Shown here: piece after piece, positions 29,224-38,458 of the stretch
Numbering within the stretch: position 1 is the first letter of the stretch
Layout: each line of letters starts with the position of its first letter
Assembly (NCBI GenBank): GCA_032128875.1
Contig: JAVLKG010000001.1
Span: 288,001 to 352,000, forward strand
From: Candidatus Melainabacteria bacterium 17Bon1m
GTDB lineage: Bacteria > Cyanobacteriota > Vampirovibrionia > Obscuribacterales > Obscuribacteraceae
Reading direction: 5' to 3'
Length of the DNA stretch: 64,000 nt
Program-made: the position numbers and the translations under genes
Notes under the pieces: generated by a model
Seen by the model: the letters and a program-made list of their open reading frames with translations, nothing else
Told to the model about the DNA's origin: nothing
Database searches by the model: none

Positions 29224-29544
29224 CTAACAGTCCACTTGGTCCTCAATTGCTTTTCGACGTCGTTTGCGTTTTGGCGGCGAACATTTCTCGAGTTCTACAG
29301 AAATCTTTTTCGCTAAGAGCATCGCTTCTTTGAACTCGGTCGAGCTCTTTCCGTACACGAGTCTGTTAAACGCAATTGCTTGTGTCACGCATTCACGAGC
29401 TTTTGCTAAGTTGCCGCTCTCTAAGTAAATAGTGGAAAGACGATGAAATGCTTCGGCGCGTAATAGTGGTGCTGCAGACGTTTTGATAATGTTCTCGAAA
29501 AAGTCAGGACGATGTGACGTAGAGTCTTTGATAGATGCATTCAT
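29224..29544 (-). CDS. Small TPR-like protein with basic PPKRKRRR tail
   Basis: One TPR-like hairpin; clear paralog of 58792-59163. Confidence 0.7.
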   Translation of the reverse strand: MNASIKDSTSHRPDFFENIIKTSAAPLLRAEAFHRLSTIYLESGNLAKARECVTQAIAFNRLVYGKSSTEFKEAMLLAKKISVELEKCSPPKRKRRRKAIEDQVDC

Positions 29545-29801
29545 TCAACTATTCTCCAAAACCATGGAGAATTGCAAAATCTTCATGTCCTACCAGTATG
29601 CTCCTTACCTCACCCATTAAGTATCCCCCAGCTAAGCTCGTAACGCGGTAATAAGCCGCGCTGGAAAGATGCTCAAATGTCTTCAGAAAACTGCCGCGCC
29701 ATTATATGTGGTGGCAGAATGTTTTTGCTGGTTTTTGCGTTTCACGCAATTGGAGATGCGGGCTAATCTTTATCAATTGCTGCCCATCGATGGAAAGCTG
29801 G

Positions 29802-30089
29802 TTAAGCAAACCCGAATTTATACCATTTGCCCGCCGGCGCACATGTTTCGACAATCGAGATGCTGATGTTGCGCCCTGACGAGTTCTGTCCTTGAAGCAT
29901 GCTCACTGCACTGCGTGCCTCTTCTTCGGTTCTTAATACCAAATAGGCATAACCTCTGTTCTTTCCAGTTTTAGATTCTAAGGGCACTTCAAAAGACACC
30001 ACATGACTCAAAAACGGCAGAACCAACTCACGCACAGAACTTTCGTCGGCATCCACATCCAAATTGCCAATCAAGATTTTGCAACTCAT
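29802..30089 (-). CDS. RRM RNA-binding protein (cyanobacterial Rbp-like)
   Basis: RNP2 ILIGNL and RNP1 RGYAYL. Confidence 0.88.
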   Translation of the reverse strand: MSCKILIGNLDVDADESSVRELVLPFLSHVVSFEVPLESKTGKNRGYAYLVLRTEEEARSAVSMLQGQNSSGRNISISIVETCAPAGKWYKFGFA

Positions 30090-30397
30090 TTCGCTTTCAC
30101 CTGCATCTCTAGCACCTCAATGCATCTCACCTAAGACCGAGTGCAAATAGAGGCAATTTCAATAGGTAACAGGCCTAGCGAATGGCACGGTTTTTACAAA
30201 CTTCTTCTGACATCATATCACAGCGCCCACGGGCTGGGAAGGGACCATATTTTGGAGGGGTGCATGCTGTTGGTCAACGCGAAGGATGAGGAGAAAGTCC
30301 GAGGATCTCTAGTAAACAAAGGATTCAACGATTATCTTGTGCCTTCGTGAGACTGTAAGTCCTCAAAATTAAAGCCATTCTCGTGTGGAGAATGGCT

Positions 30398-30481
30398 TGG
30401 TGGGCGAGGTGGGACTTGAACCCACACGTATTGCTACACTAGATCCTAAGTCTAGCGCGTCTGCCATTCCGCCACTCGCCC
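30398..30481 (-). tRNA. tRNA-Leu(UAG)
   Basis: GGGCGAG acceptor stem, CTAGA-CTTAGGA-TCTAG anticodon arm, long variable arm, GTTCAAGTC T-loop, encoded CCA; hairpin at 30373-30397 follows. Confidence 0.97.
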
Positions 30482-30588
30482 GTTTTAGTGAATGCGGTTA
30501 CCGCCTCCAAGAGGCGGGGAAACCATGACAGCATAACATAATGACAGCCGGGGAAGTCAGGAGTGGGTTGCGAGGGTAAAACAGCCCA

Positions 30589-30673
30589 AAAGCCAGCGAG
30601 CCGCCGGCGCTCCCAGGAGCAAAACGCCGACGGTCGAGGCCGAAAGAAGAGCGCGTGCAACGCGCCCCCACGA
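30589..30673 (-). repeat. REP-like palindrome pair, inverted copy of the 922-1000 elements
   Basis: Reverse complement TCGTGGGGGCGCGTTGCACGCGC and CCTGGGAGCGCCGGCGGCTCGCTGGC in the same order as at 922-999. Confidence 0.8.
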
Positions 30674-31648
30674 TTACTGTTCGTTAAACACGCTGCCGGC
30701 GTGGTCGCGTTTCCACTTGGAGCCGACATACGATACGAACTCACCATTGGCGTCGCGCTGTTGGACAAACCCATCACCGTTCGAGATGGCGCGCAGAACA
30801 ATTGATTCTTTGCCTGATGCATCGACGGCGTACATGTGAACATAGTTGTTCGGCGAACCTTCGGCAATCGGCGTGACTGCAAGTCTCACGTTGAGGCTGT
30901 TTCCATCAGCATCTGTGATTGTCATTGTCGTTTGCCCAGCTGCAACGAGCGCCTTCACGGCTTTGAGCTGGTCTTCCGGACTGGAGTTAGGGCTGGTTAG
31001 CGTAGTCTTCAGCGCTTCAATTGCTGGGTCCGTTGTTGTGTCTGTCCCTGTAGGCGTCTCAGTTGACGTCTCGGTAGGAGTCTCCGTCGGTGTTTCCGTT
31101 GGAATCTCTGTCGGTGTTTCAGTCTGAACTTCAGCCGCCGGATGCGGATATTTATCTAACGAAATCGGCGCCTCAGGTGCGATTTGCCCGGTCGCAGACA
31201 ACTGACCGTAGTGGAAGCCCCAAGCCGTTGCGGCATCACCCTCAAGCGGCGTGCTGCCCTGGGCGAGCCCGTAGACTTCGGATAACGAAAGGCTCTTGTC
31301 CTGGGTAACCTTCAACTGTTCGTTGCGTCCGTCCATCAAGACTGCTGCTGCGAATCGTGTCGGCTCCTCGTCATAGTCCGCGTTGACGCCACTGACTTCG
31401 CCGTAATCGAGCGTGCCATCCTTGTTGTCGTCAATCGCTTCGAATTCGGACAAAACCATTACCGGAAGCTGATTCTTGAACACCATCGCATCTGTCGCCG
31501 ATGCGCGTGCTTCTTTGCTATCGAGCAATCCCATAGCTCCGATCATCTCGGAGTATTCGCTGCGAAAACCGCCGTCTTCGGGGTTTGCGAACGATCTGTA
31601 GCTGACGTCGGTAAAGGCTTCGTTGACGTGGGAGGTTTCGAGGGCCAT
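30674..31648 (-). CDS. EF-hand-containing protein with TETP low-complexity linker
   Basis: DDNKDGTLDYGE EF-hand loop; (TETP)n linker; ATG 31648 after GGAG. Confidence 0.7.
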   Translation of the reverse strand: MALETSHVNEAFTDVSYRSFANPEDGGFRSEYSEMIGAMGLLDSKEARASATDAMVFKNQLPVMVLSEFEAIDDNKDGTLDYGEVSGVNADYDEEPTRFAAAVLMDGRNEQLKVTQDKSLSLSEVYGLAQGSTPLEGDAATAWGFHYGQLSATGQIAPEAPISLDKYPHPAAEVQTETPTEIPTETPTETPTETSTETPTGTDTTTDPAIEALKTTLTSPNSSPEDQLKAVKALVAAGQTTMTITDADGNSLNVRLAVTPIAEGSPNNYVHMYAVDASGKESIVLRAISNGDGFVQQRDANGEFVSYVGSKWKRDHAGSVFNEQ

Positions 31649-31792
31649 TGGTAAGCTCCATAAACGACGTGCCTGAAGGGCATCGTTTGGCAAAAGTGGG
31701 GGCAAGGGGGGTTGGTAGCCGGAATTCTAGGGGGACGGCATGACATTCGTTTGACAGCCTGAAAACAGGCGCCTGTGGCCGTTGTGTGTCCG

Positions 31793-33691
31793 CTACTTAC
31801 TCTCCAAGCATGTATTTATCGTGGAGTTGGATTGAAGGTCAGTCACTGAAAGTCCCGCCTTCTGAATACGATCCAATATCATCGCGCTGTATACCCATTG
31901 CTCTTCATCTTCGAGCCCGAGGTTACCGTCCAGCGCTGTGAAGTCGTTTGCAAGCGCGTCCAGTTCTTGCGCAGCGTCGGCTGCCGGCGGTTTCCTCATG
32001 CGCCCGACAATATCCATCACGAGTTTTTGCCGTTCATCAAGCGTGCTCTGAAACTTCGGACCAATATAACTACTCTTGTCTGCAATCATCCGCGCATAAA
32101 CATGCTCAAGCCACTGCTCAGTTTCACCACCAAAGTTATAGTTCTGCAGCATACTCCGCAAATTGTCTGAGGTCACAATCTTCGCTCCCTGTGCGCCGGT
32201 TCCTACAAAACTCTTCGGCTCGCCGGCGAGCATTTTTGCAAAATTGTCATAGTAGCCCCAGGTGCTTTCGCTGCCGAGCGATGCAATTAGCGCGTCTTTC
32301 GGCATGTCGCGCAACAACGCACCACGAATGACAAACACCTCATGCGGATTGTCATTGCAAGAGGCAAGCTTGCTCAATTTATTCTGCGCGCCGCAATGCT
32401 CTCCCTTGTCGATCAACAACCCAACCATGCGCCCTGAGGTTGCCTCAACGACGTCATCCCCTTCCACCCAATAGTGCGCGGCAGTCGGACACGCTTTGTC
32501 AAAACTGGCAGCCCAAGCCGGATCTCCAGGAATCGGTTGCGCATACGCTGTCAGCGTTATGTTATTCCACGGCCAGCTTTTCACTTCGTTGCGCAGCTCG
32601 TCGCCATATGCGCCTTGCACCACGGCACTTACAAACTGGCTTGCAAGCCCGGCTCCAAGGCTGTGACCAGTCACGTAAATATGTTCTGGCGCCGAATATT
32701 TCTGCTCTAAATATTTGCAGCAGGCAGTGATCGGTCCGAGCATAGTTGGCAGCGACTCCGCGAATCCCTGAGTCACAGTGCCGACTTTGCTGATGAGCGG
32801 CTGCTGAATTTGCTTGCCGCTGCGCAAGTCCGTAATCCAATCCGGGTTGCCCTTCGCTGTTCCGATGTAGTCTTGCGCCTTCCAAACTGTTTTGCTCAAC
32901 GCCGACCCGCTCCGGCTCCCGCGAAAAACAATGTACGCGTCGCGGCCGGTTGCTGTTTTTCGCATCAAAACAAAACCCATCAAGCTCCACGCTGGCTCGG
33001 TGTTGCCTGCAACTCCCGTGCCGCCCTCGAAGGCAACAAGATGATCTTCGCCGTCGGTGTACTGGCGAATTTGAAATCGTTCGACATCGTTGTACGGAAA
33101 GCCAGTCGGCTTCGACCTGTACCGCATCCCTTCGATTGTTTTGATGTTCTTCGAGAGATAACCCGGCGCCGCGAGTGCGATGAAGATCTCACCGTCGCGC
33201 GTGAAAGCGGGTTGGCGAGCGTCAGTTTGCTGATAATTGGTGATGATCGGATCGAGATTGAGGTTGCTGTCCGCCCAGCCTCGCGCCGCATTAGGTCCGC
33301 TGTAAAAGCCCTTGTGCGGTGAATCGCTGCTAGCAACGGTCGCCATCGTCAACGGATTGCCGAGCTTGCTTGCGTATTCATGAGTAAAACGGCAGATGTT
33401 GTTGCGCCTGTCACTGCCAACGCGCGAGAAAACGTCATACCAAGGGTCGAGTGGCAAGCACAGGGACTGGTGATAGAGCTGATACGCGAGCGTGCAAAGG
33501 TCGAGATTGATGATACAACGCGGCACAACGTCAGACTCGACGCTGCTGTCGAGGGCGAGCGATGGCACCGGCAACACGAAAGCTTCTGTCAGCAAGAACG
33601 CGCTTGTCAGCAAAATTACAGTTAAGGCATGAAAACCTTTCGGCGAGTGCTGTCTTCTTGTAGCCGTTTGGCTATAAACTCTGGCTTGCAT
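31793..33691 (-). CDS. Lipase class 3 family protein, secreted
   Basis: IVFRGS, DWITDL, YVTGHSLG motifs; signal-like hydrophobic stretch; start uncertain. Confidence 0.85.
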   Translation of the reverse strand: MQARVYSQTATRRQHSPKGFHALTVILLTSAFLLTEAFVLPVPSLALDSSVESDVVPRCIINLDLCTLAYQLYHQSLCLPLDPWYDVFSRVGSDRRNNICRFTHEYASKLGNPLTMATVASSDSPHKGFYSGPNAARGWADSNLNLDPIITNYQQTDARQPAFTRDGEIFIALAAPGYLSKNIKTIEGMRYRSKPTGFPYNDVERFQIRQYTDGEDHLVAFEGGTGVAGNTEPAWSLMGFVLMRKTATGRDAYIVFRGSRSGSALSKTVWKAQDYIGTAKGNPDWITDLRSGKQIQQPLISKVGTVTQGFAESLPTMLGPITACCKYLEQKYSAPEHIYVTGHSLGAGLASQFVSAVVQGAYGDELRNEVKSWPWNNITLTAYAQPIPGDPAWAASFDKACPTAAHYWVEGDDVVEATSGRMVGLLIDKGEHCGAQNKLSKLASCNDNPHEVFVIRGALLRDMPKDALIASLGSESTWGYYDNFAKMLAGEPKSFVGTGAQGAKIVTSDNLRSMLQNYNFGGETEQWLEHVYARMIADKSSYIGPKFQSTLDERQKLVMDIVGRMRKPPAADAAQELDALANDFTALDGNLGLEDEEQWVYSAMILDRIQKAGLSVTDLQSNSTINTCLESK

Positions 33692-33887
33692 CTCGCCTCT
33701 TGTGAACATCGACTTTTCCCCGCTGTGCCCCTCGGTCGTGCGCCAGTATAGACCTTTGCCGCGCCCCATTGTAAAACGCAGTATCAACACCACAGTGGAG
33801 GGATTCGCGGGACTTTCCAGTTCGGTATACTTTGAGGTGTTCAGCACAGCGCAAAAACGTGCTGGAGGGAGACAGAAGGAGAGGACA

Positions 33888-34625
33888 ATGGCAGGCAACG
33901 TCATTCAATTTCCCACCAATCGCGGGGATGATAAGCATTCCAGCGTGACCATCGAGAAGGTTCTCGCTGAGTTTTGCGAGGAGCACAGTGGCTCGGATAA
34001 AGCTAAGCAAGAGTGCGAGCGCTCCGTCGAGCTATTCATGAATTTCTTGAATGATTATGCGTACATGGGGCTCGATGAGAAAAATCGTCAGAAGCTCGAA
34101 CGCCACGAAAACGCGCGCGGTCCGAAGCACAAGACTTTCTGCCAGCTCTTTGGTCCTGAACAAATTCCGCGCAACATAGATGATTTTCTCCATGACTTTC
34201 TAGTCAGCAAAGTGCTTTGTTCGCAGGCGCTTCTTCAGAGCACTGCGAAGATGACGGAGCGTTTGTGTCTCTGGCTGCAGCAGAAAAGTTACCTCGATGC
34301 GAAGGAAATCAAAGACGCTGTACTGCTTGCGAAGAAGGCGGCTATTCAGTTGCCGAAAGCAGAGAAGGCCGCGCAGTTGATTTGGCGAGAGTCTGAGTCT
34401 AAGTATGGGCAGGTGGAGCCTGACGAAATCGGACACATGCGCATCGAACGCATCGAGCCCGGCAAGCTGTGGCTGCGACCTTATGAAGGGAAGTATCTTG
34501 GCCCGGTTGTGGTCTCGGAAGAGATATCTGAGTTGCTGGGCGTGGGCTGGGAAATCAACTGCGGGCTCAAGAAGAAAGGCAAAACGTGGCTGCTAATCGA
34601 GGCGATTAACATCTACCCGCGGTGA
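33888..34625 (+). CDS. Hypothetical protein (helical N-terminus, OB-like C-terminus)
   Basis: AGGAGAGG RBS before ATG 33888. Confidence 0.75.
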   Translation: MAGNVIQFPTNRGDDKHSSVTIEKVLAEFCEEHSGSDKAKQECERSVELFMNFLNDYAYMGLDEKNRQKLERHENARGPKHKTFCQLFGPEQIPRNIDDFLHDFLVSKVLCSQALLQSTAKMTERLCLWLQQKSYLDAKEIKDAVLLAKKAAIQLPKAEKAAQLIWRESESKYGQVEPDEIGHMRIERIEPGKLWLRPYEGKYLGPVVVSEEISELLGVGWEINCGLKKKGKTWLLIEAINIYPR

Positions 34626-34684
34626 GGGCTTGATTGATGAATGTCGCTAGTTACTTTCGGAACTAGGATCTAATTACTAATGCG

Positions 34685-35050
34685 TTAAGCGCGGCGTGCT
34701 TTGCTAACCCAATTGTTTAGTACGCAGTCGAACTCCTCGACCGTGAAGGGCATCACCAAGTAATCGTCGATGCCGGTTTTGAATGCGTCAAAGCGATCCT
34801 TCGCGAAGGCGTGAGCGGAGGCGATCACTATCGGGATTCCGGGGAATTTATTGCGTAAGCGTCTTATACTGAACTGATCCAACGAACCGCGTCCCCAGAT
34901 GTAGACCAGAAGCTCGGATATTGGATTGCCGTTGTTGCAAGCTTCTTCAACGGAGCTGCAGAAGTCTACGGTAATACCACGTCTGCTAAACAAACTTCGG
35001 AACATCAATTCCTGACTCTTATTTGACTCAATAACAACGGCTCTGATCAC
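34685..35050 (-). CDS. Atypical receiver-domain protein (no phosphoacceptor Asp)
   Basis: PIVIASA, GIDDYLVMPF (K to M); Asp site replaced. Confidence 0.7.
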   Translation of the reverse strand: MIRAVVIESNKSQELMFRSLFSRRGITVDFCSSVEEACNNGNPISELLVYIWGRGSLDQFSIRRLRNKFPGIPIVIASAHAFAKDRFDAFKTGIDDYLVMPFTVEEFDCVLNNWVSKARRA

Positions 35051-35386
35051 GATAACTTCCTCTGGTTGTAAGAGTGAGTTATGCGCTCAAAAGTTCCGAG
35101 ACTTTGCCGAGCACAAACATCATCACCGACCAGTAGTCGTGGTTGCCGAGATCTCAATGACGTTAACTCACATATACATTTGGCTGAAAAGCTGGCCACA
35201 GCCCCGTCCAGCTCTCTCTGCCTTCTTTTAAATTACTACATTAATGGGGAGAATGCCAGGGGATAAGCTTCTAGGCTGTTTTACCGCGTGAAGCGCTGAT
35301 ATTCACTTGCCGAGTATCAGATGGGTGGCTGCATATGCCCTGTCGAACACACAATGCCACGAATGACAGCGAAGCTGTAATTCGGC

Positions 35387-36868
35387 TTAAGGACAAGCTT
35401 TGCCGGTAACTGGGACCAGGGTAGGAGGGTCTACAGTTGGGCAGGACTTGATCGGCGCAAAATAGGTGGGATCTCCAGGATTGCCCGTAGAAACCGTCGA
35501 TGGGTCATAACCTTTGAAGACAACCATGATTGTTCCGCCATAAAAACACGCCGCGCGATTCAATTGGCAAACTTGGTTGGTGCTGCAAGTGTTGACGCTC
35601 GGGCAAGGTGATGCCGCCGGTCCAGAGATGCAATTAGTGCAACCATACGGATAAACGCCAGGATTGTTCAGGTTAGAACCCTGGCAGAAATTTCTGATGA
35701 TGGCGCCCTGCACTTTGTAGTTTTGGTTGTTATATGCAAGCAACCATTGGCTTGTGTTCGCGCCGCCAAAACGCATTTCGAGAAAGGCATTGTTGCCGCC
35801 ATTGATGCTGATGTCTGCGGTTTCGTTGTGCGAGTAATCGTTAGTCCAGCAATATGTGTTGATACTGAATTCTGCTTTTGTTGTTCCCTGTGGAAACGCT
35901 TGAATTGCTGGCGGCGGACTGTTGCAGTTGTTGGACGCAGTGCCGAAAGCCATAGCCATGCCCGTCAGCATTGGTGCCGGTGTTGTTGCGGTTACGGTGA
36001 AATTTGATTTTGCGATTTTTCCGGCGGGCAAATTGAAATAGTATGTGGTGGCATCTGTGGTGCTATTCCAAGTCACCGGCGTGGTGCCAATTTGCAACGG
36101 AAGCTGATTGGGTACCGCGACAGCGCAAGCAGGTTGTCCCAATCCAATTGTTATGTAAACGTTTTGCGCAAAGTTTGTCTTGTTCCAGATTGCAAACTGC
36201 GTCGCGGCAGTAGGGATGCCGGTTGCGGTGAGTTTCTTTTGTGATGCGAATTCTAGTGGGCCTGTTGCTGTTCCGCCCCCGACATTGAAGAAGAGAGTAT
36301 TCATCACTTTCTTCACGGGGCTGTCATTGAAATAAATTGCGTCTGCTAAAAAACGTCCAGCGCTCTTTTGCGCAGGAGGGACAATCGTGATGCGCTTAAT
36401 CAAGCTGTTTTCCGAAATTCCAAACTGCTTGTTGCTTAACTGTATTGTTTTGAAGCCATCTTTCTGATTAGCGATCGTCTTACCTTCCGAGAGGAAAACA
36501 GATGAGCGCATCCATGTGCCGACGGGCGGTCGGTAGTCTATATAGCAGGCGCTGTCCGCTGGACCTTTATAATCGAGCGTCAAGCTCTGGAATTTGCCCT
36601 CGAATGCAGGATTGTCGGGGGAGATAATGATGCCGCCGTAGCTGGCGGGCGCTGCTTGTTTTACATGAGTTGCGTTAGCGAAAGGCGAGCGTTTTGCCGT
36701 GCTGACGACGCTCGCGGACATTGATTTTGTGTTTGGCGAGTCCGCCGCAACGAAAGGAGTTGCCGAAAGCTCTGAAAACTGCGCCTGCGCCATGGCAAGC
36801 TGCACAAATGCTGATACTGCAAGGCATAAAGACGCTGCCGTGAGCAGGCGTTTCGACAATCTGGTCAT
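35387..36868 (-). CDS. Secreted Cys-rich protein with thaumatin-like C-terminal domain
   Basis: Signal peptide; TKAEFSI...DISINGGNN resembles thaumatin TLAEFTL...DISLVDGYN; many Cys. Confidence 0.6.
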   Translation of the reverse strand: MTRLSKRLLTAASLCLAVSAFVQLAMAQAQFSELSATPFVAADSPNTKSMSASVVSTAKRSPFANATHVKQAAPASYGGIIISPDNPAFEGKFQSLTLDYKGPADSACYIDYRPPVGTWMRSSVFLSEGKTIANQKDGFKTIQLSNKQFGISENSLIKRITIVPPAQKSAGRFLADAIYFNDSPVKKVMNTLFFNVGGGTATGPLEFASQKKLTATGIPTAATQFAIWNKTNFAQNVYITIGLGQPACAVAVPNQLPLQIGTTPVTWNSTTDATTYYFNLPAGKIAKSNFTVTATTPAPMLTGMAMAFGTASNNCNSPPPAIQAFPQGTTKAEFSINTYCWTNDYSHNETADISINGGNNAFLEMRFGGANTSQWLLAYNNQNYKVQGAIIRNFCQGSNLNNPGVYPYGCTNCISGPAASPCPSVNTCSTNQVCQLNRAACFYGGTIMVVFKGYDPSTVSTGNPGDPTYFAPIKSCPTVDPPTLVPVTGKACP

Positions 36869-37001
36869 TTATTCACAAACTGCCGAGTGGAAGGCAGCCC
36901 CCTTAACCATTGTCATTGAATCCGGTACATTTGTACAGTTGTGTACACTACATCGTCATCCATAATGGTGGAAGACCCCTTTGAGCACTCGGTTTCGAAT
37001 C

Positions 37002-37116
37002 CAGCGGAAACGCTAACTCCGGATCGGCGGAAGTTCTATTTCCGAATCGGCGGAAGTTTTATTTCCGGAGCGGCGGAAGTTTTATTTCGGTATCGGCAGC
37101 GACTCTATTTCCGATC
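37002..37116. repeat. 23-bp tandem repeat, three conserved plus two degenerate units
   Basis: CGGCGGAAGTT(C/T)TATTTC... at 37025, 37048, 37071; degenerate units at 37002 and 37094. Confidence 0.85.
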
Positions 37117-38163
37117 TGAAAGCAGACTCGCGAGCCGACCTCTAAGCCTGAAAGCTACAGCAACAACGAATAAACCAAATGCGAACACACCAACAGCTAC
37201 TGCAGCGACGGCATACAGAATAATCGTCAGCAGTTTGTTCAGCGAATCGAGCTGTCCGCGAACATCAGCGAGCGGCGACGAAACCCCGGTCATCGGGTCA
37301 CGCAGATCCTTCATTTGTTTGATCAATTCTGCAATCTGCGATTCCATCAATACCAGTTCTTTATGCACATGCACGACCTTGCCATTAACCGTGTTGAGCT
37401 GACCTTGGACGGTTTCAAGCGGCTTGCTGACTGAAGTTAGAGGCTCTTTGATTTGCGACAACGGTCCGTGCAATTTATGCATGTGAGAAGTCGCGTCACG
37501 AATATCCTGACGAATCATCCTTACTTCGCGAAGGTCTTGCTTGATTCCACTTAGTCCATCGAGCTGCTTATTCATCATCTTCAGCTCAGGCGACAACTCC
37601 TTCAGCGCAGAGAGGTCATGCGTGAGCCGATGTAGATTGCCGTTGACTGAGCCCAATTCGCCGCCCATTGTTTTTAGTTCGGTCTGTAAGCTGCCCATGC
37701 GGCTTTCCATACTCGCAAACGCCGGCTCGAGTTTTGCCATCGGTTTTTGCAGGCTAACGAGATCGTCGTCAAGCTCCTTCGCTTCCTGCCTGAGGCGCCA
37801 GACGGGCCGAAGCATTCTTCTTATTGGGTGAAACCCTTTGATCGGCGCAGAGTAGTCGCGGGTGGCGGGTGTTCCTGGGGAAGAACCGTTTTGGTTCGCA
37901 GAAGAGCTAGGAACATAGTGCGAAGAACCGTTGGAGGTCGCAGCTTGGTTTCTACCCCGACGGCTTCTCTTGGTTTCTTCCGGAGCTATACTTGTCGACC
38001 TCGAAGGCGGGGAAGTCGGCGAAACATTTGAAGTTGAATCAGGTGATGTGACGCCTGATTCTGCAGGGATTGTTGGATCCGCGTCTGCACCACGAACAAT
38101 TGTTGCAGTGCTTGTAAAACTGCAAACAATTGCGCTGGAAATCGCAAATACTCGAATATTCAT
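37105..38163 (-). CDS. Exported coiled-coil protein with C-terminal membrane anchor
   Basis: Signal peptide, S/T/P-rich linker, heptad-like helix, C-terminal TM. Confidence 0.75.
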   Translation of the reverse strand: MNIRVFAISSAIVCSFTSTATIVRGADADPTIPAESGVTSPDSTSNVSPTSPPSRSTSIAPEETKRSRRGRNQAATSNGSSHYVPSSSANQNGSSPGTPATRDYSAPIKGFHPIRRMLRPVWRLRQEAKELDDDLVSLQKPMAKLEPAFASMESRMGSLQTELKTMGGELGSVNGNLHRLTHDLSALKELSPELKMMNKQLDGLSGIKQDLREVRMIRQDIRDATSHMHKLHGPLSQIKEPLTSVSKPLETVQGQLNTVNGKVVHVHKELVLMESQIAELIKQMKDLRDPMTGVSSPLADVRGQLDSLNKLLTIILYAVAAVAVGVFAFGLFVVAVAFRLRGRLASLLSDRK

Positions 38164-38402
38164 GCAGACCCCGGTTTAGGTGCTCAGTATAGCCTATTAA
38201 ATGTTGTCTATGAGCCTAAGCCTAACGGGCTTTTCCTCACACGACTGGTAGTCGTTCTTGCGACTTGCAAGAACGGTTTCGTAACTTGCGAGGACGTTCT
38301 CACGGCGTGCCAGTGCACAACTTGAACTCATGACACTAAATGTGGTGTATTGCCACGCTCGAATAACAAATGACAATAGCAAGAAACTTTTCATAAAACT
38401 AA

Positions 38403-38427
38403 GGAACTGTAAGGAATTTGGTTCGTC
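38403..38427 (+). promoter_or_regulatory. Putative ECF promoter GGAAC-N17-GTC
   Basis: 31 nt upstream of TTG 38459. Confidence 0.6.
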
Positions 38428-38458
38428 CCCAGCATGTTCGAGGACTAGGGACCGAATC

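Noticed and set aside
30264-30350. 28-aa ORF after GGAGG next to the tRNA
   Set aside because: RBS spacing is short and there is no motif or other support
31030-31135. 12-bp periodic DNA repeat
   Set aside because: Explained by the TETP protein linker
37002-37116. Possible CRISPR array
   Set aside because: Units are head-to-tail with no unique spacers, and there are no cas genes in the window
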